Source of the DNA: Planctomycetia bacterium
GTDB lineage: Bacteria > Planctomycetota > MHYJ01 > WSZJ01
Assembly: GCA_020849035.1 (NCBI GenBank)
Contig: JADLHC010000114.1
Coordinates: 4,923-68,922 of the forward strand
Direction of reading: 5' to 3'
Length of the DNA: 64,000 nucleotides
Shown: positions 9,367 through 16,814 of the stretch, piece after piece
Position numbering within the stretch: position 1 is the first letter of the stretch
How the letters are laid out: each line of letters opens with the position of its first letter
The notes under the pieces: model-generated
The model's input: only the letters and a program-made list of their open reading frames with translations
What the model was told of the DNA's origin: nothing
Databases searched by the model: none
Program-made: the position numbers and the translations under genes

Positions 9367-9827
9367 TACCCGATCGCCCCCGCGTCGCGCCGCACGCGCT
9401 TCGCCGCGCAGTCCGCGCAGCGGCCGTAGATCTTGACGGCGAACTGGACGGGCTCGAAGCCCTCCTGGCGGGCGATCTTGTCCTGGAGCGCGTTCAGGCG
9501 GGGGTCGTAGAACTCGGAGATGCGGCCGCAGTCGGAGCAATAGAGGTGGCCGTGGTGCTGGAGCTCGGAGGCGTGCTCGTAGTACTTCTTCCCCTGGCCG
9601 AAATCGTGCTCGATGAGGAGGCTGCACTCGCTGAGCAGGGACAGGGTGCGGTAGACGGTAGCCTTGGAGACGGGGGTGCCGGCACGCTGGAGGTGGGCGA
9701 TGAGGTCGTCGGCGGTGAAGTGCTCGTGGGTGCCGAAGACGGCGTGGAGGACGGTTTCGCGGGGTGCGGTGAGGTGAAGGGAGTGTTTCCGCAGGTAGTC
9801 TTCGAAGATCTGGACTTCATCGCCCAT
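9366..9827 (-). CDS. fur: Fur-family metalloregulator
   Basis: ORF 9366..9827. DNA-binding helix SKATVYRTLSLL, HHGH metal site, paired CxxC motifs (CSDCG, CADC). Confidence 0.9.
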   Translation of the reverse strand: MGDEVQIFEDYLRKHSLHLTAPRETVLHAVFGTHEHFTADDLIAHLQRAGTPVSKATVYRTLSLLSECSLLIEHDFGQGKKYYEHASELQHHGHLYCSDCGRISEFYDPRLNALQDKIARQEGFEPVQFAVKIYGRCADCAAKRVRRDAGAIG

Positions 9828-9846
9828 GGTTCGTCGCCTTTTCGTT

Positions 9847-9877
9847 GAGACTGAGACTGAGACTGAGTCTCAGTCTG
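9847..9877. promoter_or_regulatory. Hexamer array GAGACT-GAGACT-GAGACT-G-AGTCTC-AGTCTG; candidate Fur operator overlapping the fur promoter
   Basis: Read directly, 19 nt upstream of the fur ATG. Same direct-direct-N-inverted layout as the E. coli Fur box GATAAT-GATAAT-C-ATTATC. On the minus strand, TTGACT (9895-9900) lies 17 nt upstream of CAGACT. Confidence 0.45.
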
Positions 9878-10021
9878 GCAATCGGTTGGACCAGAGTCAA
9901 GCAAATTAGGGTGCCAATCGCGATCGGGCGTTTTCGGCGGTTTCGCGGCCGTTTCCGCCGGAATGGGACCTGAAAGGTCCGATTTCTCCCCCACTTCATG
10001 CGGGAATTCCCGCGCCCAGCC

Positions 10022-11668
10022 TTACCGCCCGATCCACTCCCGCGCCAGCGCCCGCAGCACTTCGCTCTTCCCGATCTCCCTCGCCACGGGCGCCGCCGCG
10101 TTCTCGTAGGTGGCGACGGCCCTTGCACCGGTCGGCGTCGGGCGCAGCACCCGGTCGCGCATCGCCCGCAGGACATCCACGCGCGAGACGTCCTCGGACC
10201 CGTACGAGGCGGTTGCGACGATACAGTACTTGCCGCCACGCGACGAACTCCCCGCCGACCCGGCCTGCGTCGAGACGGCGGTGCCCGCAGCCGGCGCCAG
10301 GCTCGGCGTGGCCGCAGGCGTGTTGCCGAAGGCGCCCATGTTGACCCGGCCCCCGTTGGGCGACGGCTCCGCCGCGAACGGCGAAAGCGGATCGCCGGCA
10401 TCGATCGTGGCGTCCCCGGCGAGCACCCGGTAGTCGTCCTGCGGCTCGTTCTCGAACCGCGCCGCGACGCCGAGCAGCCCCGGCCCCGCCAGCGCGCCGC
10501 TCCAGCCGCCCAGCAGGTTGTCGTACAGGTCGCTGTAGCCGACAGCCACCGCCCCCGCGCGCCGCACGTTCAGCCCCATCCCCCGGTTCCCGAACACCAG
10601 CGCGTCCACCACCGTTCCCTCCGCGCCCGTGTCCACCCCGTCCCCCTGGCAGTGCGCCACCGTCACCCGCGCCAGCTCCAGCACCCCGCCGTCCGTCTTC
10701 ACCCCGGGCCCGTTCGCCCGGCAGATCACCACGTTCTCCAGCCGCACGTCCGCCAGCCCGCCCCACACACCCGCCGCACCGCCCCGCAACGCCAGGTTCG
10801 ACACCGTCGTCCGCGCCCCGGCTTCCCCGCTCCACGCTTCCAGCGTCACCGCCGCCGGAAACCCCGCCGCGTCCAGCACCGTCAACCCCGGGCCCGCCCC
10901 GCGCAGCGACACCCCGGGGGGCAGCGACACGCCCTCCAGGAACGTCCCCGCCGCCACTTCCACAACGTCCCCAGGCTGCGCTGCGTCGATCGCCGACTGG
11001 ATCGTCGTGAACGCCTTCCCGTTCACCGTCACCCGCGCCCCGGGCCGCCACACCGCCACCACCCCGGCGCTCTCGTTCCCCGCCCCGTCGACCGCCGTCA
11101 CCATGAACTCGTGCGCCACCGCCGGATCCAGCCCCGCGACCAGCGTCGTCGTCACACGCCCCAGCGCGTCCGGATTCGCGTACGTCCCGCCCTCCGGCCG
11201 GTGGTACAGCTGATACCCCGCCACGTCCAGCGAGGGACTCGCCTCCCACCGCACACGGACCGCCGTCCCTTCGGGAAGCACCGTCAGGCCGGCCGCCGGC
11301 TCGGGAGGAAGGATGTCGCGCCCCGACCAGAATTCCGCAAGGCCGCTCCACTCCCCGGCCAGGCCCTGCGCGTCCACGGCGCGCACCCTCCACGTCACCA
11401 GCGAGTTCTCGCCGAGAGTGTCGGGGAGGACAAGAGAAGTGGTGTTGACGGCCTCGAAACGCTCCAGGCTGCCGTTCACGGACCAGCCCGCGCGGTAGGA
11501 GGCGGCGCCCGGAACCGCGCTCCAGCTCAGGACCGGCCGCGGCTCGCGCACATCTTCGCCCCCCGCCGGCGACAACCCGCCGGGCGCCGCAAGCGGATCG
11601 GCCCCCGCGACGCCCGCGAGGGCGACGAGGCCGACGACGGCCAGGGCGATGGCGAACGACTTGCGCAA
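10022..11668 (-). CDS. Secreted fibronectin-III / right-handed beta-helix repeat protein with Cys-containing C-terminal domain
   Basis: ORF 10022..11824. Likely TTG start at 11668 behind GGAGGG, giving signal peptide LRKSFAIALAVVGLVALAGVAGA. FnIII-like segments, parallel beta-helix repeats (NVVICRANGPGV, VTVAHCQGDGV, ALVFGNRGMGL). C-terminal GKYCIVATASYGS...LRAMRDRVL. Confidence 0.8.
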   Translation of the reverse strand: MRKSFAIALAVVGLVALAGVAGADPLAAPGGLSPAGGEDVREPRPVLSWSAVPGAASYRAGWSVNGSLERFEAVNTTSLVLPDTLGENSLVTWRVRAVDAQGLAGEWSGLAEFWSGRDILPPEPAAGLTVLPEGTAVRVRWEASPSLDVAGYQLYHRPEGGTYANPDALGRVTTTLVAGLDPAVAHEFMVTAVDGAGNESAGVVAVWRPGARVTVNGKAFTTIQSAIDAAQPGDVVEVAAGTFLEGVSLPPGVSLRGAGPGLTVLDAAGFPAAVTLEAWSGEAGARTTVSNLALRGGAAGVWGGLADVRLENVVICRANGPGVKTDGGVLELARVTVAHCQGDGVDTGAEGTVVDALVFGNRGMGLNVRRAGAVAVGYSDLYDNLLGGWSGALAGPGLLGVAARFENEPQDDYRVLAGDATIDAGDPLSPFAAEPSPNGGRVNMGAFGNTPAATPSLAPAAGTAVSTQAGSAGSSSRGGKYCIVATASYGSEDVSRVDVLRAMRDRVLRPTPTGARAVATYENAAAPVAREIGKSEVLRALAREWIGR

Positions 11669-11775
11669 GGTCCCTCCGAAGGGGGGGAGTCTAGCGGGGA
11701 GTGCAAGGCTATGGAATGGCGGAAGTTGTGAGATCAACGGAGAGGGGTGCGCGGATGTTTGGCTGGCGGGGAAAC

Positions 11776-11852
11776 CGGCAGGGGATGGGGCGGGCCCGAT
11801 CCCCAGCCCAGGCCCTCCCCACACCCTTTCCGCCCTTCCCCATCCCCTGCCG
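11776..11852. repeat. Perfect 15-nt inverted repeat CGGCAGGGGATGGGG / CCCCATCCCCTGCCG with 47-nt loop
   Basis: Read directly (arms 11776-11790 and 11838-11852). Begins 3 nt after the GNAT stop codon on the minus strand. Related element at 21427-21584. Confidence 0.85.
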
Positions 11853-11854
11853 TT

Positions 11855-12439
11855 CTACCTCTTCACGCCCGCCCGCTTCTGCTGCCCCATCCACGTCTTC
11901 TTCGTCAGCACGTAGTGCCTCATCGGCATCGGCACCCCCACCGTGTTGTTCATGTAGTGCGCTTCCCGGATCCGCTGGAACCCCAGCGCCTCCATCGACC
12001 GCCACGCGTTGTCGTTCGGCGCCCACGCCTTCGTCCTGATCTCGTCGGCCGCCACCGTCTTGAACGCCCAGTCGAACACCAGCTGGCACGCCTCCCGGTG
12101 ATGCCCCCGCCGCCAGACACTCCGCGCGATCTGGTTCGTCTGGTCCGCGATGATCACCCGCCCCTCGTCCTCCCTCGGCTCCACCCGCACCGTCCCCACG
12201 ATCCGCCGCGTCTCGTTGTCCTCGATCGCCCACACCACCAGCTCGGGATTCTCCAGCCACCCCTTCCAGACCTTCTTCAGGTCCTCCATCGACTTCGGCT
12301 GCACGTCGTCCGTCCACCGCCACAGGTCGGCGTCCCGCATCTCCTCGAACCACGCCGGCGCGTCCTTCGCCACATCGATCGGGCGGAGCGTCACGACCTT
12401 GCCCTTCAGGACCGGCGGCTTCTTCGAGGCGATCGGCAT
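11855..12439 (-). CDS. GNAT-family N-acetyltransferase (RimJ/RimL-like)
   Basis: ORF 11855..12439. Typical layout: LRPIDVAKD..., WAIEDNETRRIVGTVRV, QIARSVWRRGHHREACQLVFDWAF, NDNAWRSMEALGFQRIRE. Confidence 0.85.
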   Translation of the reverse strand: MPIASKKPPVLKGKVVTLRPIDVAKDAPAWFEEMRDADLWRWTDDVQPKSMEDLKKVWKGWLENPELVVWAIEDNETRRIVGTVRVEPREDEGRVIIADQTNQIARSVWRRGHHREACQLVFDWAFKTVAADEIRTKAWAPNDNAWRSMEALGFQRIREAHYMNNTVGVPMPMRHYVLTKKTWMGQQKRAGVKR

Positions 12440-12664
12440 GTCGGGTTCCTTAAGAGGTCGGAAGAGACACCGGATTTTCGGCGGACCCGCACTTCGTGTC
12501 GCCAGAAAAGAGCGGAAGCTCTCAAGTCCTCCGCGCGGGCCGCCGAAGAATCAGCGTCCCCTCGGAGAATTTCCGCATGCCCGTCCTCCGCCGCCTCGTC
12601 AGCTTCGCCGTCCGGCTCGGGCATTTCGTTTTCCTATAGCCGGCCCCGGTAGAATGCGCGGCCG

Positions 12665-13570
12665 ATGCTCCGCCGCGCCCTGCCCCTCGCCGTCCTCCTG
12701 CTCGCCGCCGGCTGCTCCTCCGGCCCCCGCCGCGGCCTCCTCTCCAGCAGGGACGTCCCGCCCGGGTGGAGCCTTTTCAACACCGACCACTACCAGGTCC
12801 TCACAGACGGGGGCCCGGAAGAGGCCCGCGCGACCGCGGAGCGCCTCGAGGGAATCCTCGCGCTCTACCGCCGGATCCTGCCGAGCCGCCAGGAGCTCCC
12901 GCGCTTCCCCGTCCGCGTCTTCCGCACGTATGACGCCTACCTCTCGTATGGCGGCGAGGACGGCACGGCGGGCTGCTACGACCAGTCCACGGGCGACCTC
13001 GTCCTGACGCGATTCGTCGGCCTCGGCGGCGGCGACCCCATGGTGCGCCTGCCGTCGCCGCAGGAGATGACCGCGACGGCCTACCACGAGGCCTGGCACC
13101 AGTACTTCCACTGGTACCTCGACGCCGACGCCGACCCGCCGGCGTGGTTCGACGAGGGGATGGCCGACTACTTCGGGCAGACGCGCATCGTCCCGGCCGA
13201 CCACGCCCCCGAGGGGGCTCCCGACGCCCCGGGCGGCGGGAAGTGGATTTTCGGTCGCCCGAACCACGGCTGGGGGGACGCGATCCGCGCCGCGATCGCC
13301 GACGGCTCCGCCCTGCCGCTGCGCGAGTTTGTCCACCTCCCCCGGGGCCGCTACTACGACCGCCCCGCCGTCTGCTACCCCCAGGGCTGGTCGCTCGTCC
13401 ACTTCCTCATCAACTCCCGCGATCCCCGCACGCACGAGGTTCCCGACGCGCTCGTCCGGGCCCTGAGCGCGGGAGCCGACGCCTCGAAGGCCGTGGACGA
13501 GGCGTTCGCGGGGATGGACTGGGGGAAGCTGGAGCGGGAGTGGCGGGCGTACGTGGAAGCGCTCCGGTAA
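12665..13570 (+). CDS. DUF1570-family lipoprotein (putative HExxH metallopeptidase-like)
   Basis: ORF 12665..13570. Lipobox LAAGC. YHEAWH plus downstream WFDEGMADYF, as in DUF1570 proteins first described in Rhodopirellula. TAGAAT lies 9 nt upstream of the ATG. Confidence 0.8.
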   Translation: MLRRALPLAVLLLAAGCSSGPRRGLLSSRDVPPGWSLFNTDHYQVLTDGGPEEARATAERLEGILALYRRILPSRQELPRFPVRVFRTYDAYLSYGGEDGTAGCYDQSTGDLVLTRFVGLGGGDPMVRLPSPQEMTATAYHEAWHQYFHWYLDADADPPAWFDEGMADYFGQTRIVPADHAPEGAPDAPGGGKWIFGRPNHGWGDAIRAAIADGSALPLREFVHLPRGRYYDRPAVCYPQGWSLVHFLINSRDPRTHEVPDALVRALSAGADASKAVDEAFAGMDWGKLEREWRAYVEALR

Positions 13571-13609
13571 CGCGGGCGCAGGCGGCGCGCCGCCCGTAGA
13601 CTCCCGCGC

Positions 13610-14392
13610 GTGACCGGCTTCGACCCCCTTCACATCGGCATCTGCTCCGCCGTCGCGTTCGTCGCGGGAGCGATCGACGCGATGGCGGGGGGCGGCGGCA
13701 TCCTGACGATGCCGGCGATCGCGACCTTCGGGTTCACCGTGCCGCAGATCGGCGGCACGAACAAGCTCGTGGGGGCGAGCGGCTCGAGCACGGCGACGGT
13801 GTCGTTCCTGGCGAAGGGGAAGCTGGACCGCGACGTCGCGTGCCTCGGGGGGGCGTGCGCGCTGGTCGGCTCGATCCTCGGCGCGCTGGCGCTCGTCCAC
13901 CTCGGCAAGCTCGACGAGCGCCTCGCCAAGACCGTGTTCGGGTTCCTGCTCATCGCGATGGCGCTCTACCTGTTCTTCAAGCCCCGGTTCGGCGGTGACA
14001 ACGCCTATGCCGGCCCCACTCCGCGCAACCTCGCGATCACCGTCGCCGCCGGCCTCGTCATCGGCTTCTACGACGGGTTCTTCGGCCCCGGCACCGGCTC
14101 CTTCCTCGTCTTCGTCATGGTCCGTTTCCTCAAGTTCGACTTCGTCACCGGCACCGGCAACGCCAAGGCCATGAACTTCGCGAGCAACATCGGCTCGCTG
14201 GCGACCTTCATCTGGAAGGGCCTCGTGATCTGGCCGGTGGCGATCCCGATGGGCGTCGCGAACGCGGCGGGGAGCTGGGTGGGGAGCCGGCTGGCGATCC
14301 GGAAGGGCGCGCGGTTCGTGCGGTGGGTGTTCCTGGCGGCGGCGCTGGCGGTGGCAGGGAGGATGATGTGGTACGTGGCGTTTGGAGCGTAG
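13610..14392 (+). CDS. TauE/SafE (YfcA) family anion exporter membrane protein
   Basis: ORF 13610..14392 (GTG start). AGAIDAMAGGGGILTMPA N-terminal motif and about 7-8 TM helices. Confidence 0.85.
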   Translation: MTGFDPLHIGICSAVAFVAGAIDAMAGGGGILTMPAIATFGFTVPQIGGTNKLVGASGSSTATVSFLAKGKLDRDVACLGGACALVGSILGALALVHLGKLDERLAKTVFGFLLIAMALYLFFKPRFGGDNAYAGPTPRNLAITVAAGLVIGFYDGFFGPGTGSFLVFVMVRFLKFDFVTGTGNAKAMNFASNIGSLATFIWKGLVIWPVAIPMGVANAAGSWVGSRLAIRKGARFVRWVFLAAALAVAGRMMWYVAFGA

Positions 14393-14453
14393 GAAGGCCG
14401 GTTGGCGCTGGCGGAAGAGGGTTGAGCAACGTGTTGCGGGCGAGTGGGACGGA

Positions 14454-14489
14454 GGCGGGAGACGCGGGAGTTCTCCGCGACCTCCCGCC
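14454..14489. terminator. GC-rich hairpin between convergent genes
   Basis: GGCGGGAG...CTCCCGCC outer stem with CGCGGG/CTCCGCG inner stem, read directly. No clear U-tract. Confidence 0.4.
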
Positions 14490-14552
14490 GGATTGCGCCC
14501 ATCAGGCTGCTTAACCCTTGACCGCCAACCGCGAACCCGCCCCTCCCCGCGC

Positions 14553-15059
14553 TCACTCCCACCCGATCTTCAGCCCGAGGTCCTTCATCGCCAGCAACGC
14601 CTCCGCATTGCCGCGCGCGTCGTCCACCGGATGATGCGTGTGCGGCGTCTTTCGCAGGTGCTTGAAGTTCACGAAGACGTCCTTCGCGAGCCCCTTGTAG
14701 AGCGACCCGAGGTTGGTGGAGCTGTGGCCGAACGGGTTGTCGCCGAGGAAGTGGCGGAAGTACCAGTTCACGAACTGCCAGTCGAAGCCGTTGTTGTCCG
14801 AGACGAACTGAGCACGGCCCTTGTTGTTCGCCGCGACCCAGTCGCGGAACTTCGCCATCGACGCGGCGGGGTCGTCGAACGCGAGCGTCTGCTCGCGCGT
14901 GAACCCGCAGACCTTCAGCGCCTCGGCCACGAACCTCTCCGTCACCGGCCGGAACGTCGCGTAGAACGTCCGCGCCAGCCCCGGCTCCACGATCACGGCC
15001 CCGAGCGACACCATCGAGTAGTCGCCCGGGATCGGCCCGTCCGCCTCCACGTCCACCAT
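14553..15059 (-). CDS. DEDDh-type 3'-5' exonuclease (DnaQ-like fold)
   Basis: Last 168 codons of ORF 14553..16799 (ATG 15059). Exo motifs DVEADG, NNGFDWQF, HHPVDDA. Confidence 0.8.
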   Translation of the reverse strand: MVDVEADGPIPGDYSMVSLGAVIVEPGLARTFYATFRPVTERFVAEALKVCGFTREQTLAFDDPAASMAKFRDWVAANNKGRAQFVSDNNGFDWQFVNWYFRHFLGDNPFGHSSTNLGSLYKGLAKDVFVNFKHLRKTPHTHHPVDDARGNAEALLAMKDLGLKIGWE

Positions 15060-15067
15060 GAACCACG

Positions 15068-15346
15068 TCACCGGCGGTGATACTCCCCCTCGATGATCAC
15101 CGTGCCGTCGTCCTGCGGGGTGATCACGGTGCCTCCGTGGGACCCGTACGAACCCGGGCCGTACCCGCCCTGCACGTCGCTGGAGTAGATGACTTGCACA
15201 CTCCGCGACCGCACCCGGTCCGTCGTCGTGCGCGGGACCTCTTCCCCATCGTCCCTCACGTACACGACGTCGCGAGTCCTGTACTTGTCGTAGCTGTGCC
15301 CGCAGCCGCACGCGGCCAGCAGGGCGAGGCAGGCGAGTTTTCGCAT
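15068..15346 (-). CDS. Small hypothetical lipoprotein
   Basis: ORF 15068..15346. Signal peptide with lipobox LAACGC. Gly/Ser/Tyr-rich mature part. Confidence 0.5.
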   Translation of the reverse strand: MRKLACLALLAACGCGHSYDKYRTRDVVYVRDDGEEVPRTTTDRVRSRSVQVIYSSDVQGGYGPGSYGSHGGTVITPQDDGTVIIEGEYHRR

Positions 15347-15349
15347 GGG

Positions 15350-15598
15350 TTACCTGTGATGGTGGAAGAGGCGGTGCGGGAAGGGCGGCCGGAAATGCGG
15401 GCGCGGCGGAACGATCACCACGCGCGGCTCCACCCAGCAGCCGTCCCTGTACACGTGGCCGCACCCGGTGCCGTGGTAGTGGACGACCCCGCCGGGGTGG
15501 ACGACGACCCCGTGGCTCACGACATGGCGGTGATGGCGGCAGCCCGCGACCAGCGGAGCCGCGACGGCAACGACGGCCAGCAGCGCAAGCGTCTTCAT
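15350..15598 (-). CDS. Small His-rich lipoprotein
   Basis: ORF 15350..15766 trimmed to Met57 (ATG 15598). Lipobox LVAGC. 13 His and 3 further Cys in the 82-aa precursor, ending in FHHHR. Confidence 0.5.
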   Translation of the reverse strand: MKTLALLAVVAVAAPLVAGCRHHRHVVSHGVVVHPGGVVHYHGTGCGHVYRDGCWVEPRVVIVPPRPHFRPPFPHRLFHHHR

Positions 15599-15764
15599 GG
15601 CACGATTCCTCACTGGCGGCGCGTCCCCCTGACCCCGGCCAGTATATCCGCCGCCGTTTCCGTTCCTCCCCGCGCTTCCTGAAATCCGCGCCCCCCCTCC
15701 TCCGGATTGTGGGCCGCCCCGCGCCCCCCGCGCTATCGTCAGCCCTTTCCCCACGGAGGAACCC

Positions 15765-16814
15765 ATGCCGCTTCCTGCCCTCGACGACCTCGAACTGGCC
15801 CTTCAGTCCCCCCGCGCCACCGGCGTGTTCCTGGTGGAAGTCCGCCCCGGCTCGCCCGCCGCTGCCGCGGGGTTCGCGCCCGGCGACATCGTGACGCACG
15901 CGGGGGGCGCGCCGACGCCGGACCTGGGTGCGTTCCTGAAGGCGGTGCAGGGCGGCGGGAAGGGCGACGTCCGGCTGAAGGGCGTGCGGCACGACGGCGG
16001 CGCGTTCGAGGTGGAGGTGGCGGCGGGTCGGATCGGCGTGCAGGGCTACGCCGTGCAGGCGGGGACGTGCGCGTGGCGGACGGCGCCGGACTGCGGCGAC
16101 CCGCCGGACCTCTCGGCGTTCGCGAAGCCCGCGTCGTGGTGGTTCCGCACGTCGTTCGGCACGGACCGCGCGGGCTACGAGCGCGTCCACGTCAGCCCCT
16201 CGCGCGGCGGCGTCGAGTTCGACCACCTCACCTTCTTCGGCGGCGGCGAGGGCAAGGAGCGCTGGGCCTACCGCGCCCACGTCCGCTCCACCCACCGGCT
16301 CGACGCCGTCCTCGGCACCGTCGCCGTTGACTGCGTCTTCGGCACGAAGGAGGAAGGCCAGGAGACGGCGCGCGCAGCCCTCGGCCCCGACGGCATCTGG
16401 CGGGGCGAGGCGGCGGACTCGAAGGGACAGAAGCGCGCGATCGAGGAGCGCCCGGCGGCCGCGACGGCGCTCAACACCTACTCCGTCCCGTTTCTCGCCC
16501 TCACGCTCCCCCTCCGCGCCGGCGCCCGCCGCGCCTTCCCCGAGCTCCGCGAAGGCTCCGCCGCCGTCCGCTGCCGCTCGCGCCTCGAATGCCTCGGCCG
16601 CGAGGACGTCGCCGTCAACGGCCGCACCGTCCCCGCCTGGGTCTTCGCCTGGCGACACTGGGGCGAAAGCCCGAATTTCGAGCGCTTCTTTGTCTCCGAC
16701 GACCGCCGCCTCGTCCGCATCGAGTGGGGCCCAGACTACGCCGGGTGCTGGTGCGAGGCGGTGACGAAGGCGGAAGCGGCGCGGGGGATCCCGGGGCACA
16801 TCCGGGTCGAGTGA
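15765..16814 (+). CDS. PDZ-domain protein
   Basis: ORF 15765..16814 behind GGAGGA. N-terminal PDZ-like segment (GVFLVEVRPGSPAAAAGFAPGDIVTHAGG). Remainder unrecognised. Confidence 0.7.
   Translation: MPLPALDDLELALQSPRATGVFLVEVRPGSPAAAAGFAPGDIVTHAGGAPTPDLGAFLKAVQGGGKGDVRLKGVRHDGGAFEVEVAAGRIGVQGYAVQAGTCAWRTAPDCGDPPDLSAFAKPASWWFRTSFGTDRAGYERVHVSPSRGGVEFDHLTFFGGGEGKERWAYRAHVRSTHRLDAVLGTVAVDCVFGTKEEGQETARAALGPDGIWRGEAADSKGQKRAIEERPAAATALNTYSVPFLALTLPLRAGARRAFPELREGSAAVRCRSRLECLGREDVAVNGRTVPAWVFAWRHWGESPNFERFFVSDDRRLVRIEWGPDYAGCWCEAVTKAEAARGIPGHIRVE

Noticed and set aside
14553-16799. 748-aa ORF, and likewise the 550-aa ORF 6363..8015 and the 540-aa ORF 8005..9627, as full-length genes.
   Set aside because: Only the C-terminal parts have protein-like composition and motifs (exonuclease, cytochrome c, P19-like lipoprotein). 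The upstream parts overlap other real genes or are Arg/Gly/Pro junk. Internal starts with signal peptides or coupling overlaps fit better.
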